Virus record (IMG/VR): IMGVR_UViG_3300042010_000129
Location: 192,001-256,000 of that record
Origin: a virus
Taxonomy: Duplodnaviria > Caudoviricetes
Length of the DNA stretch: 64,000 nucleotides
Strand: one strand, 5' to 3'
The position numbers and the translations under genes are program-made. Below the pieces are notes generated by a model. The model was given only the letters and a program-made list of their open reading frames with translations. It was not told the DNA's origin and did not search any database. Shown here piece after piece: positions 1-8,730 of the stretch. How positions within the stretch are numbered: the first letter of the stretch is position 1; each line of letters opens with the position of its first letter.

Positions 1-24
1 GCTGGCATAATCAGCCCCTCGTAT

Positions 25-34
25 TATTTACAGT
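25..34 (-). promoter_or_regulatory. ACTGTAAATA motif (candidate phage-specific promoter)
   Basis: CAGATACTGTAAATA is identical to 38081-38095; it is followed by a GAGG SD and an ATG at 8..6 (gene runs off the window). Confidence 0.6.
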
Positions 35-50
35 ATCTGAGTTCACTGCA

Positions 51-74
51 AAGGGCACCATTCTAGATGCCCTT
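51..74 (-). other. GCAUC-loop-GGUGC intergenic hairpin
   Basis: AAGGGCATC-TAGAAT-GGTGCCCTT just after the stop of 85..477. Confidence 0.65.
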
Positions 75-84
75 CACCAGTTGA

Positions 85-477
85 TCAGTAGGTGATTTCG
101 TTGAGGTCTTTGCCTTCGAGTTCCCATTCGTTCACGCGGTCTTCACCGTACTCGCGAATCAGGTCTTGGCGTCGGCGCCCGTACAGAATTGTTTTGTATT
201 CTTCGCGGGTCAGAATTAATTCCTGCCCCATTTCATCCAGCAGCTGGCCGACCGTGGAACCCCACGTGTAATTGCTGTTGGAATTCGTACCCGGCTCGCC
301 CACATGACGGACGATGGATTCGCCAATCGCGTGAATCGACAGTTCGCCCAAAACTTCACGAATTTCGTAAACAGTATTCCGTTCGAAAAACGCGTGCCGT
401 CGAAACGCAGCACCGATTATCAAACCGTCTGTGTCGTCGCAGCCTCGGAAAACAAATCGCCCTAGTGCATTGATCAT
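85..477 (-). CDS. hypothetical protein
   Basis: ORF; start moved to MINALG (ATGA overlap with the upstream stop). Confidence 0.7.
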   Translation of the reverse strand: MINALGRFVFRGCDDTDGLIIGAAFRRHAFFERNTVYEIREVLGELSIHAIGESIVRHVGEPGTNSNSNYTWGSTVGQLLDEMGQELILTREEYKTILYGRRRQDLIREYGEDRVNEWELEGKDLNEITY

Positions 478-749
478 GTTGTCGCGGCCTCCGAATGAAA
501 CCAGCGCTGGTGAATCCACGTAGCGCTAACAATTGAAAACGCAGCAGCCGTGCCGTTGATAAAGCAGTACCACCACGTCCCTTGCATAAAGATCGTGGCG
601 TAGGTGCCAGCGGCCACAAATTCAAACGTGCCCTGCACATACGAAGTGGCGAACATGCTCCACCACTTGTTGTGCTGAATATTCTTGAACTGAAAACCTT
701 TCAGGAAAATCGCGATGAACGTCACACAAAATGCTGTCACGTAAATCAT
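474..749 (-). CDS. small membrane protein
   Basis: 91 aa, 2-3 hydrophobic segments; ATGA overlaps. Confidence 0.7.
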   Translation of the reverse strand: MIYVTAFCVTFIAIFLKGFQFKNIQHNKWWSMFATSYVQGTFEFVAAGTYATIFMQGTWWYCFINGTAAAFSIVSATWIHQRWFHSEAATT

Positions 750-940
750 GCGCGCTTTGCCTCTTTCCTGAATTTCTTCAAGTGGCGGCGGAAACGTTTC
801 TCTACCTTGCGCGCCAGCAGATCGAGTTCGTCATATACCTGCACGTTGAGGATGATATCGCGACTACTGCTGATTACGTCGCGACGGCCCTGCAAAGCTT
901 CCCCTCGAAAGCTCGACAAATTGCATTGGATAATATCCAT
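746..940 (-). CDS. hypothetical protein
   Basis: 64 aa, SD GAGGAAGT, basic C-terminus. Confidence 0.7.
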   Translation of the reverse strand: MDIIQCNLSSFRGEALQGRRDVISSSRDIILNVQVYDELDLLARKVEKRFRRHLKKFRKEAKRA

Positions 941-962
941 CTTTCACTTCCTCGACTTCCGT

Positions 963-1133
963 CTACTTTTGTTGCGGTGGTGCGTCGTCGAATTCCCAGT
1001 TTTTCAACAGCCATTCCAATTCGGGATCGTCGCGCTTGTAGCCCTGCGCTTCCATCAGTTCCAGAAAGCGCGCCTGATTGTAATTGCAGAGTTCGTAACA
1101 CGTGTCAGCTGCGATTTGCATTTCACGCTTCAT
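963..1133 (-). CDS. hypothetical protein
   Basis: 56 aa from MKREMQ, GAGG SD. Confidence 0.6.
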   Translation of the reverse strand: MKREMQIAADTCYELCNYNQARFLELMEAQGYKRDDPELEWLLKNWEFDDAPPQQK

Positions 1134-1800
1134 CTTTCGGTGCCTCGACAATCGTGAAGTCGTACCAGCCGCCCAAGTGTTTCATGGCGCCGTTTTTGTC
1201 TTCGTACATGTGAGGTTCTTCGATAATCGACAGGCCGGTCTGTTTACCGAATTCACCGAGGATATATTCGAACCATGCGCGCAATTTTGCAGCACGTGGC
1301 AAATCAGGTTCCGAGGTCTGGCCGAAATAACCTTCGCCCGTTTCCATCGTGTGCAGTTCCCGGCGAATCTCGCGCAGTTCGTGCGTAACGCGTGCCATCG
1401 AAACCGGCCCCGGTGCAGTGCCGCGCAGACTGCCGTTCGATTCATTCATCCAGTCCAGCACCGTGCGCCCTTCTACGCATTTGCTGCTGATTTCGAACAT
1501 GTGGTCGAGGCCACCAGACGTTTGCCCGCCCAACGCCGCGCAAGGGTATTGGTTGTGCCACACGCTGCCTTTCGAATCGGTAAGGATATAACCGTCGTAT
1601 GCAGGTTCCGCATCTTTGTCGTCGTATTCGCCCCGCACCATGTGATGCTCGGCAACAGTCAGTTCACGAAATTGCACAGCAGGAAAATCGCTCGGTTGCA
1701 TTTCTGCGAACTTGCGCAACTTCGTGTAGAACGGATACATGAAACCGTCTTCAATGTCGGCCCACAGTACCCAAATCTTTTCACCAATTTGATGGCGCAT
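1123..1800 (-). CDS. hypothetical protein
   Basis: 225-aa ORF, tightly packed. Confidence 0.75.
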   Translation of the reverse strand: MRHQIGEKIWVLWADIEDGFMYPFYTKLRKFAEMQPSDFPAVQFRELTVAEHHMVRGEYDDKDAEPAYDGYILTDSKGSVWHNQYPCAALGGQTSGGLDHMFEISSKCVEGRTVLDWMNESNGSLRGTAPGPVSMARVTHELREIRRELHTMETGEGYFGQTSEPDLPRAAKLRAWFEYILGEFGKQTGLSIIEEPHMYEDKNGAMKHLGGWYDFTIVEAPKDEA

Positions 1801-2238
1801 TTAATTTTTCCTTTTGATGGTGAACGAGCGCGGCGCGTTCAGTTTGTCCCACTTACGTTTTTCGAAGTGCGTGAATTGTTTCGCTTCCATCCGGCGCAAA
1901 TAAGCGTCGGCTGCTTCACGTGTCAGAAACGTGCAGTGCATGTTGTAGGTGTTCTGGATAATGCCGCAATCACGCATCGACATTTGACCTTCAAACCCGC
2001 TGACTTTTCCGTCACGCACCGAACGATATGTGAACATCGGTACAGGGCCACCAGACAGCCCTACAACACGCGGCATGTCCTTAACCAGAACTTCAGCCAC
2101 GTATGCCTTTGCAACGTCTGGTGCAGGCGCATAGGCCACGTACAAACGAAAGCCCGGCAGAACGTTGTGAGGCAAAGCGCGCTGGCACATTTCGCTCACG
2201 TTGTCCGGGCGCTTGTGAAATCCGACGACGATTCCCAT
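1801..2238 (-). CDS. hypothetical protein
   Basis: 145-aa ORF abutting neighbours. Confidence 0.7.
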   Translation of the reverse strand: MGIVVGFHKRPDNVSEMCQRALPHNVLPGFRLYVAYAPAPDVAKAYVAEVLVKDMPRVVGLSGGPVPMFTYRSVRDGKVSGFEGQMSMRDCGIIQNTYNMHCTFLTREAADAYLRRMEAKQFTHFEKRKWDKLNAPRSFTIKRKN

Positions 2239-2948
2239 TACTGAATCCCCTGTTTGCCGTAGCGGGGATCACGTTCAATTTCAGCGGCGAACCACGCCAG
2301 CTTTTCGTCGAAACGATCAGCAATCTTTTTCACGCATTCCAGAAGGCGGGAATAATCGTCGCCGGTTGGCCGGGCCGATTGATCTTCAGCTTCGTTAAAT
2401 TCGAAACCGAGTTCGTGGTAAGAAAATGCCATGGCAAAATCGTTGCGGTAATGCACGTGCAAATTCGTGTCGAGTAAAATCACCTTCGTGACTTCCCACA
2501 ACGAATGCAGACGGAAAGTGTCACGTTCGGAAATCAGGTGGCCGTATGAGCCGCGTTGTTCGAACAAAATAACCTGCGCCATTCGTGCAAACATTTGCGA
2601 GTCTGCACGCTCTTCAGGAAAGCGACCGGGCCACACAATGCGATAGCAACGGATTATCTGTTCACCACGGTCGATGGCTTCCACGATGCTCCCTACGTCG
2701 CGCTGCGTGTGTTCATCCTCATAATTGCGGGCGAACAGATCGAGGAATGTTTTCAATTCTTCGGCGGTGCCTTCGATGAACGCAGAACCGAACAGCTGGC
2801 CGTGCGGGTAGCCGGTGAAATTCGGCGCTTTAAGCAGCAGGTTCTTTTTAATGTCGTACATGTGCGCGATGTTCGAACTTAACCAGCTGACAACTTCGCC
2901 GTCTTTCTTGTAGCCACCACACGAAAGATCCACAATTATTTTAGGCAT
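2238..2948 (-). CDS. hypothetical protein
   Basis: 236-aa ORF. Confidence 0.75.
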   Translation of the reverse strand: MPKIIVDLSCGGYKKDGEVVSWLSSNIAHMYDIKKNLLLKAPNFTGYPHGQLFGSAFIEGTAEELKTFLDLFARNYEDEHTQRDVGSIVEAIDRGEQIIRCYRIVWPGRFPEERADSQMFARMAQVILFEQRGSYGHLISERDTFRLHSLWEVTKVILLDTNLHVHYRNDFAMAFSYHELGFEFNEAEDQSARPTGDDYSRLLECVKKIADRFDEKLAWFAAEIERDPRYGKQGIQ

Positions 2949-3267
2949 CGCCCTGTTCCCATTCGAGGACTTCGGTTCCTGAAATGCCGCTGCGTGTCAG
3001 CGAATCAATCAGGATCATTACCAGCAAACCAGCTTGATGCAATTGCACCTTTTCCGACAACTGATCGCGATGTTCGAAATCACGAATGATGCGGATGTGA
3101 ATATCGCCCAACTGATCGACGCATTTATTCAGCGTCAGGTAAATCGGCCTTTCATCAACCGGGAACATCAGCGGGTGATTGGCCGGTGCGAATTTCTGCA
3201 CCAGCGAAAATTGCTCGGCAGTCCACGAACCAATATCGTGACCGACTTTTGCACATGACAGCATCAT
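2941..3267 (-). CDS. hypothetical protein
   Basis: 108-aa ORF. Confidence 0.7.
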   Translation of the reverse strand: MMLSCAKVGHDIGSWTAEQFSLVQKFAPANHPLMFPVDERPIYLTLNKCVDQLGDIHIRIIRDFEHRDQLSEKVQLHQAGLLVMILIDSLTRSGISGTEVLEWEQGDA

Positions 3268-3272
3268 TTTGT

Positions 3273-3779
3273 TTATTCCTCGCTTTCCGTCTTGATCCGG
3301 GTAATTACGTTCGCATGCGCCGGGTGTTCTACGACCGTGCGCGTGGTGGTGTTTACTGGCGGGTCAATGTCGTAATGTTTTTTCACGTACATTGCTGCCA
3401 CGGCCATAATTGTCTGGCGCATGATTTTCGCGTGATGAACCATGTACGCTTTGTTCTGCGGCAATTCTGCTTCCGCTTCGAATTCGTGCGTGCTGGCTTT
3501 CAGCGTTTTTCCGTCGCGGGAAACGTCGATGCTCATACGCAGATAAGCAGCAACCATCATTGCGTCGGTGCCGTCGTCATACGGCGTAAAGTCGATGGGA
3601 CAAACACCGTTGTAACCGTCCACGTCGATCATGGGCCGGTACAGGCCTTTTACGCCGTTCTCGCCCAGCGGTTCAAACCGTCCGTTGCGGTAAGGCTCAT
3701 AACCCAGCAGACGCGCAAACTGCGCAGTGATTCCGTTGGTTTCGGTTGTCTTGATTACCACCAGACTTACGTTCGACAT
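3273..3779 (-). CDS. hypothetical protein
   Basis: 168-aa ORF, CAGGA SD. Confidence 0.75.
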   Translation of the reverse strand: MSNVSLVVIKTTETNGITAQFARLLGYEPYRNGRFEPLGENGVKGLYRPMIDVDGYNGVCPIDFTPYDDGTDAMMVAAYLRMSIDVSRDGKTLKASTHEFEAEAELPQNKAYMVHHAKIMRQTIMAVAAMYVKKHYDIDPPVNTTTRTVVEHPAHANVITRIKTESEE

Positions 3780-3881
3780 AAATGATCCTGCATTTCGCTA
3801 GGCCGGAAATTCCGACGCAAATAAAAAACATGGCAGCACCCGCCAACTGCATTTGATACGAAAACGACGGGGCGCCGATTG

Positions 3882-3909
3882 AAAAACCTAACAAGCAAAT
3901 TGCTAGGTT
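3882..3909 (-). terminator. putative intrinsic terminator
   Basis: AACCTAGCAA-TTTGC-TTGTTAGGTT followed by TTT. Confidence 0.45.
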
Positions 3910-3936
3910 ACGAAACAATAAATGAATCAGCAGCAT

Positions 3937-4191
3937 TCAGGACTTTGCCACCAAATAATGCTCACAGGTTTTCGGGTTGTACTCGGTGCGCATCGCATTA
4001 TCGACGGCCTCTTCGAAACTCTGCCCGGTGGCGTTCAACCATGCGCCCCGTGGATCATGCCAAACAACGCGGTGTTCTCTGTAAACGCCGCCCCGGTCAA
4101 AATCCACATGCACGCTGGCCCAACGTTCGCGAACCGTCAGCCATTCCATGCGCCGAAGATTTTCCACATCGGTTTTGAATTGATCAGCCAT
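3937..4191 (-). CDS. hypothetical protein
   Basis: 84 aa from MADQFK, CAGGA SD. Confidence 0.7.
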   Translation of the reverse strand: MADQFKTDVENLRRMEWLTVRERWASVHVDFDRGGVYREHRVVWHDPRGAWLNATGQSFEEAVDNAMRTEYNPKTCEHYLVAKS

Positions 4192-4999
4192 TTTGTTTTT
4201 CCTGTTGTGCTTTGCGGCGACGGTCGAATTCCGGAATGGAGATTTTGCTACCACGGGCCGAGTGCAATGCCGCCAGACGATCCGACAGCACTTTGTGATC
4301 GTGTTCGACCAGTGCAAAGATTGCATCGTCTTCAGCGTCCCACACGGTGCGTTTGTCGCGTTCTACGAAACGGGTCATGTGGTCAAACTTTGCAGAAGCC
4401 TTCGCCAGATCGTCGGGGGTCATTTCCAATTCACGCACAGGGCCGCTTCCAAAGCCGATTTTGGCGGCGACAGGAACCGGGGCCTTAGCTCCGTTAGGAT
4501 CGTACCGCGCCGAGCCGTCAGAGAGTGCGCAGGCGACGCGATACAGCTGCTTGCCTTTCGTGGTCAGTGCCTTGTAATGCTCACGGGTAAAACCGCTGTG
4601 CGTTCCGGCATACACGCCGAAATAAATCGCCAGCATTTCAATTGCGAAATCGAAATCCTTTTCCTTCAATTTGTTGTAATGCTGGCGAGCGGTTTCCCAA
4701 TCGACGGGATCAAGGCCTTCCGCTTTACGGTCAACGTTAAACGCCCACTGAAAGTCACCGACGCCTTTGTACTGACCGATTTCCGCGAACGCAGTAAAAA
4801 CCGGAACGTCGGATTTCTTTTTCGGGCTGCGGGTAATGCACACCACAACCTTCGTCGCCTGTAAATTCACCGACGCCACAACGTCATTAGAATTAGGGGC
4901 GTAGACTGTGAGGAATTTTTCACCGAACTCCAAATCTTTGGCAAGCGAGAATTTCAGTTTGTGGTTAGGGAACAATGCGCGGGCGTCAGTCTGTTTCAT
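4184..4999 (-). CDS. hypothetical protein
   Basis: 271-aa ORF, AAGGA SD. Confidence 0.8.
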   Translation of the reverse strand: MKQTDARALFPNHKLKFSLAKDLEFGEKFLTVYAPNSNDVVASVNLQATKVVVCITRSPKKKSDVPVFTAFAEIGQYKGVGDFQWAFNVDRKAEGLDPVDWETARQHYNKLKEKDFDFAIEMLAIYFGVYAGTHSGFTREHYKALTTKGKQLYRVACALSDGSARYDPNGAKAPVPVAAKIGFGSGPVRELEMTPDDLAKASAKFDHMTRFVERDKRTVWDAEDDAIFALVEHDHKVLSDRLAALHSARGSKISIPEFDRRRKAQQEKQNG

Positions 5000-5045
5000 G
5001 ATTTAATTCCTTTACGGTTAGGATTGTGGCTGCTGATTTATCTGC

Positions 5046-5071
5046 AATGCGCACCAATCTAGATGCGCATT
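5046..5071 (-). other. GCAUC-loop-GGUGC intergenic hairpin
   Basis: AATGCGCATC-TAGATT-GGTGCGCATT after the stop at 5076. Confidence 0.65.
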
Positions 5072-5075
5072 AAAG

Positions 5076-5474
5076 TTAATCGACAGGGTGAAAGTGATTC
5101 CACTCGGCTTGTTCCTGCGAGCGTTCCCACTGTGCCATTGCTTCGGCGCTGCATTCATGACAATCAGAAAACTCAATGTCATGTTTGCAATATTCCGTCT
5201 GGTCGCATTCTACATCCATGCGCCGTTCGTGTTCTTCTTCGCAATCTGCACAGCCTTCGCCGTATGGGAAACCATGCGAGCATTTCGGCGGCGGGCTGCA
5301 AATTTCACAGCCGTTGATTTCCTCGCCGTGCTGGCAGTTATTGCAGTGGTCACAGCCTGTGCATTTATTGCTTTCGCAATTCTTGTACAGGGCATTCGAC
5401 ATTACCGCTTCGATTTCATCTTCGAGCGTACACACGTTGCACAGGCCACACGGGTTTTCGTTCGTGCATTCCAT
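5076..5474 (-). CDS. Cys/His-rich putative multi-zinc-binding protein
   Basis: 132 aa from MECTN (GGAGG SD), 18 Cys; three C-x-H-(G/D)-x5/6-C-x2-C repeats. Confidence 0.7.
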   Translation of the reverse strand: MECTNENPCGLCNVCTLEDEIEAVMSNALYKNCESNKCTGCDHCNNCQHGEEINGCEICSPPPKCSHGFPYGEGCADCEEEHERRMDVECDQTEYCKHDIEFSDCHECSAEAMAQWERSQEQAEWNHFHPVD

Positions 5475-5494
5475 TACATAAACCTCCGGGTGAA

Positions 5495-5516
5495 GGGGCA
5501 CCGTTTCAGATGCCCC
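5495..5516 (-). other. GCAUC-loop-GGUGC intergenic hairpin
   Basis: GGGGCATC-TGAAAC-GGTGCCCC after the stop at 5524. Confidence 0.6.
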
Positions 5517-5523
5517 CGGTTAA

Positions 5524-6105
5524 TTATTCGCTGACCTTTACCATTTTCAGGAGAACCGGCGCCAGCGGAACGATGGTGAAGTCAGTCGCGAATTTTTCCG
5601 CGAATGTTTGGCCGACCTGAAACGCGCCGTGCAACATATTCGGCGCCCATACCTGAAGCTGACATTCCTTTTCTTCAGGCGTGCCGGGATCGAACGTGAC
5701 GGCGAAATTGAAATCACGACCTTCCGGCGTCGGTGCGTCGGAATATTCGATACCGTCATCTTCCTTTTCTTCGACCGTGGGCGCGGTGCCTTCTACTTCG
5801 TCACACCAGTGCTGGATATCGTTCCATGCAGTCACCAGCAGCAGATAAACCGGATCGACGAATTCAGCAGGCACCACGCTTGCCACGGCTTCGCGCTCGT
5901 TCATGGTGTAGAACCGGGAGTGATCAACGATGCAGTAGTGCGTCGGTTCACCACGGGCCGCACATTCGGCGCGCTTGATATCCATCGCGGCGCTAGCAGC
6001 GTCAGAGGCCGCTTTGTCGAATGAATTTTCGCGTGCTGCCATTGATGCGCGAATCCATTTTGCGAATTGTACTTTGTCCATTTTCATACTTTCCTTTCTG
6101 TCCAT
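5524..6105 (-). CDS. hypothetical protein
   Basis: 193 aa, SD GAGGAAGT. Confidence 0.75.
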   Translation of the reverse strand: MDRKESMKMDKVQFAKWIRASMAARENSFDKAASDAASAAMDIKRAECAARGEPTHYCIVDHSRFYTMNEREAVASVVPAEFVDPVYLLLVTAWNDIQHWCDEVEGTAPTVEEKEDDGIEYSDAPTPEGRDFNFAVTFDPGTPEEKECQLQVWAPNMLHGAFQVGQTFAEKFATDFTIVPLAPVLLKMVKVSE

Positions 6106-6120
6106 CTTTCACTTCCTCAG

Positions 6121-6315
6121 TTAAAAACGAGTGCCGACCAGTTTTGCAATAAGCGCTGGCGGGCTAATGGTTACGGTCAGCTTGCAGTAACCGCAATCGA
6201 CTTTCCACGTTGGCGGCATTGTGTGCTGCTCGCGAAAATCGCTTTCGTCACCTTGGCACGTCGCCCCGCATTTGGGGCAGGTGAAAATTAAAGGCGGTGC
6301 GGATAAAACTTTCAT
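6121..6315 (-). CDS. zinc-ribbon protein
   Basis: CPKC ... CGYC in 64 aa. Confidence 0.7.
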   Translation of the reverse strand: MKVLSAPPLIFTCPKCGATCQGDESDFREQHTMPPTWKVDCGYCKLTVTISPPALIAKLVGTRF

Positions 6316-6317
6316 TG

Positions 6318-6479
6318 CTACCTCACTTGGCCCCAGCGGTCACGAACCCTGTCGTGCCGTTTCGGTTCGCGTTTCAGTTTTTCAATTTGTTCCTGCTTGC
6401 GTTGTTCCCGCAAGTGTTCAGCAAATTGCTGGTCGGCCCTGTCGCGCTGTTCTTGGCGCATGTTGTCGTGCCAGAACAT
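6318..6479 (-). CDS. small charged protein (below ORF-track cutoff)
   Basis: Translated by hand: MFWHDNMRQEQRDRADQQFAEHLREQRKQEQIEKLKREPKRHDRVRDRWGQVR; fills the gap exactly. Confidence 0.6.
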   Translation of the reverse strand: MFWHDNMRQEQRDRADQQFAEHLREQRKQEQIEKLKREPKRHDRVRDRWGQVR

Positions 6480-6481
6480 AA

Positions 6482-7720
6482 TTAAACCCTCGATGTGATA
6501 ATTGCAAAGTCACTCGGATTCAAATCTGTGTTCTGTGCAAATTTAACCAGTTCGGTAAAACCGAATCGGCCCGCCAGTTCGTCGATGATTTCGATCCGGC
6601 GTTTCAGGCCCGACAATTCGTAAACTGCGGAGTCTTCCAAATCGTGACGGCCTGTACCCACTACAGTATTGAACAGGGCCACCAGACCGGGCGTGGAAAG
6701 ATCCGACAGCTTATCCACGGTTTCATCGTCTGGCTCTGCGTAGATTTCTTCGTCGTCGAATGAGTCCGGTTCTTCCTCTTCGTCGTCTTCCGGGTCACGG
6801 AAAGAAGAACCGATGCTGTAGCAACTGCGGCGGCACGGATGAACCGATCCGAGCATTTCGTGAAACACACGCAGCACGTCAGATTGAGCATGCGCCACGA
6901 CGTTTTCACTTTCGTAAATGTCGAAAACCCGATCAGCGATTTTCAATTCGAACGCGCTTTGCAAACTGAACAATTGCTGCGTCGTGTCTTTGCCGTTGTA
7001 CAGGTGCTGCATATACCGCAGCGATTTTTTCACGCAGGCCACATAACGCACGATTACAGAAACCAGCCATTCGTCTAGGCGCTTTGGCATTGCAGCGCCA
7101 GCCAACCGCGCCATATCGCACAGGGCCAGAATATGCGACTCGGAACCGACGTTGTGATCAATCACCAGCATTTCACCGACGTACAAACGGAAGCCGTTAA
7201 AGCCTTCGCTGATTTCCACGACAGCGCGGGCGAACGTGGTAGAAGTCGGCACGTTGCACAGGTGTACTGCGCCATCGCTGTGAATCTGCATAACGAAACC
7301 GGCAGTAGCTTTTGTGGGCGCCAATTTCTTTTCGAGGTCGCCCATGATCAGCGACAGATTGTGCGGACGGCTGTTTTGGAATCTAACCGGCTCGCCCATT
7401 TCCTTTGCCATTTTCACCACAACCTTTTTCGGTTGGGCTGCAAGCGGCGCCGAATCCATCGGTTCATGATTCGCGATATACATTTCGATATCCGCGACTG
7501 TTTTCCAACCACTCGAACCGCCGCCCGGAATTTCGATTTCGAATTCCTCTTCAAGATCCATGACGATTTCGCCAAGATCCATTGAGTCGATTTTCAGGGA
7601 ATGTCTGAGCGTGTCTGCCGAATCAATCGGGTGCCCGATTTTCATGCCCATGTGATCAGTAATGACGCGGCGGATGCGATTCATTTGATCAGCAGAAACT
7701 TTCTTGTTCGACTTAGCCAT
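6482..7720 (-). CDS. acyl carrier protein (ACP) domain fused to an unknown C-terminal domain
   Basis: N-terminal LKIDSMDLGEIVMDLEEEFEIEIP...WKTVADIEMYI matches the ACP helix II-IV pattern (E. coli [24 protein letters not shown]...ITTVQAAIDYI); 412 aa from MAKSNK. Confidence 0.8.
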   Translation of the reverse strand: MAKSNKKVSADQMNRIRRVITDHMGMKIGHPIDSADTLRHSLKIDSMDLGEIVMDLEEEFEIEIPGGGSSGWKTVADIEMYIANHEPMDSAPLAAQPKKVVVKMAKEMGEPVRFQNSRPHNLSLIMGDLEKKLAPTKATAGFVMQIHSDGAVHLCNVPTSTTFARAVVEISEGFNGFRLYVGEMLVIDHNVGSESHILALCDMARLAGAAMPKRLDEWLVSVIVRYVACVKKSLRYMQHLYNGKDTTQQLFSLQSAFELKIADRVFDIYESENVVAHAQSDVLRVFHEMLGSVHPCRRSCYSIGSSFRDPEDDEEEEPDSFDDEEIYAEPDDETVDKLSDLSTPGLVALFNTVVGTGRHDLEDSAVYELSGLKRRIEIIDELAGRFGFTELVKFAQNTDLNPSDFAIITSRV

Positions 7721-7785
7721 GGTGCGAATTCCTTGATAAAGGTCAGTTTGATTTACTACTGACAAAACCCGCACATGGCGGGCTT
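7721..7785 (-). repeat. CCCGC-hairpin/GTAGT/CCTTTATCAAGGAA leader cassette (copy A)
   Basis: AGCCCGCCATGTGCGGGTTTTGTCAGTAGTAAATCAAACTGACCTTTATCAAGGAA before ATG 7720. Confidence 0.8.
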
Positions 7786-7801
7786 GTCTTTGTGGTGGGA
7801 A

Positions 7802-8266
7802 TTAATCCTCCCTGAACTGGCCGCGAATATCGCACGGCATGTACAGGGTGCGTTTCTCGCCTTTGTCGTCCGTCACCTTTTTAGCGCGGAGAACTTTGTA
7901 CGGGTCGAGGCCGTACACGAAATTGTCAACGCGGTAATGAATGCGCGCCCATGCAGAACCCGGCGAATATTCTTCCCACGCCACAATCGCGTCACGCAGC
8001 GATGCAAAGTCGTCGCTGTATTTGCAACTTTCCTCGCCGTCGCTTTCGTACTTGCCGGTAACGACGCCGTAAGGAAAAGCAGCGTCTGCAAATTGCGCCA
8101 GCGTTTCGGCAGGCAACGCATTGTGACGGCTCGCCAAGTCGATCAACTTTTTGAGGTATTCGGTTTCCGTTACCAAACCATCCTGCAATTGCGTGTGCAG
8201 TTGGTTTGCTTCGGCGCCAGTGGCGATATTGAATTGCAGAACGGCCAACAGGTTCAGGTTGAACAT
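7802..8266 (-). CDS. hypothetical protein
   Basis: 154 aa, first gene behind promoter cassette P1. Confidence 0.8.
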   Translation of the reverse strand: MFNLNLLAVLQFNIATGAEANQLHTQLQDGLVTETEYLKKLIDLASRHNALPAETLAQFADAAFPYGVVTGKYESDGEESCKYSDDFASLRDAIVAWEEYSPGSAWARIHYRVDNFVYGLDPYKVLRAKKVTDDKGEKRTLYMPCDIRGQFRED

Positions 8267-8357
8267 TTTTAACTTCCTCTATTGCGTGAGTGTGTGAATC
8301 GTGGGCGCAACTTGCCCGACTGGATTTCATTGTACCTATGCACCGACGAACGGTCAA
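8267..8357 (-). promoter_or_regulatory. sigma70 promoter-stem-loop-leader cassette P1
   Basis: TTGACC-17-TACAAT, GGGC/GCCC hairpin, ACACTCACGCAATAGAGGAAGTT, ATG. Confidence 0.85.
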
Positions 8358-8363
8358 CAAACG

Positions 8364-8384
8364 AAAACAGCCCCTACAGGGGCC
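8364..8384 (-). terminator. putative intrinsic terminator
   Basis: GCCCC-TGTA-GGGGC then TGTTTT, immediately upstream of P1. Confidence 0.55.
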
Positions 8385-8730
8385 GCTTGCACTCGCTACA
8401 GCATCGTTTGAGCTTGAGGCCGATTCGACCTTGCGCCCATTGCAGGAACAGCCCTTTACGCTCGCCAAGGCCCGATAGCACTTCCGTTGTGTCGTGGGTT
8501 GCACTGGCGGCAACAGCGAGCGCCTTTGCTTCGTCAGCAGTCACCGGGTCAGGGCGCAACACAACGTCGGCGTTTGCGCGGGCCTTTGCATCGGCGCGCA
8601 ATCGTTCCATTGTCGCGGCTGCTGATTTGTACCCGTAACGTTTCAGGTCATCAATGCAGCGCGCCAACTGGTAAGCCGAGATTTCGTGAATCACTGCGTA
8701 ATCGTGAATTGTCGAGAAATAATATTTCAC
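8374..8730 (-). CDS. hypothetical protein
   Basis: 118 aa, GTG start with GGAGG SD, C-terminal CxxC. Confidence 0.7.
   Translation of the reverse strand: MKYYFSTIHDYAVIHEISAYQLARCIDDLKRYGYKSAAATMERLRADAKARANADVVLRPDPVTADEAKALAVAASATHDTTEVLSGLGERKGLFLQWAQGRIGLKLKRCCSECKRPL

Noticed and set aside
3697-3936. 79-aa hydrophobic ORF
   Set aside because: Overlaps 3273..3779 by 83 nt and spans a terminator-like hairpin; cannot be distinguished from intergenic sequence
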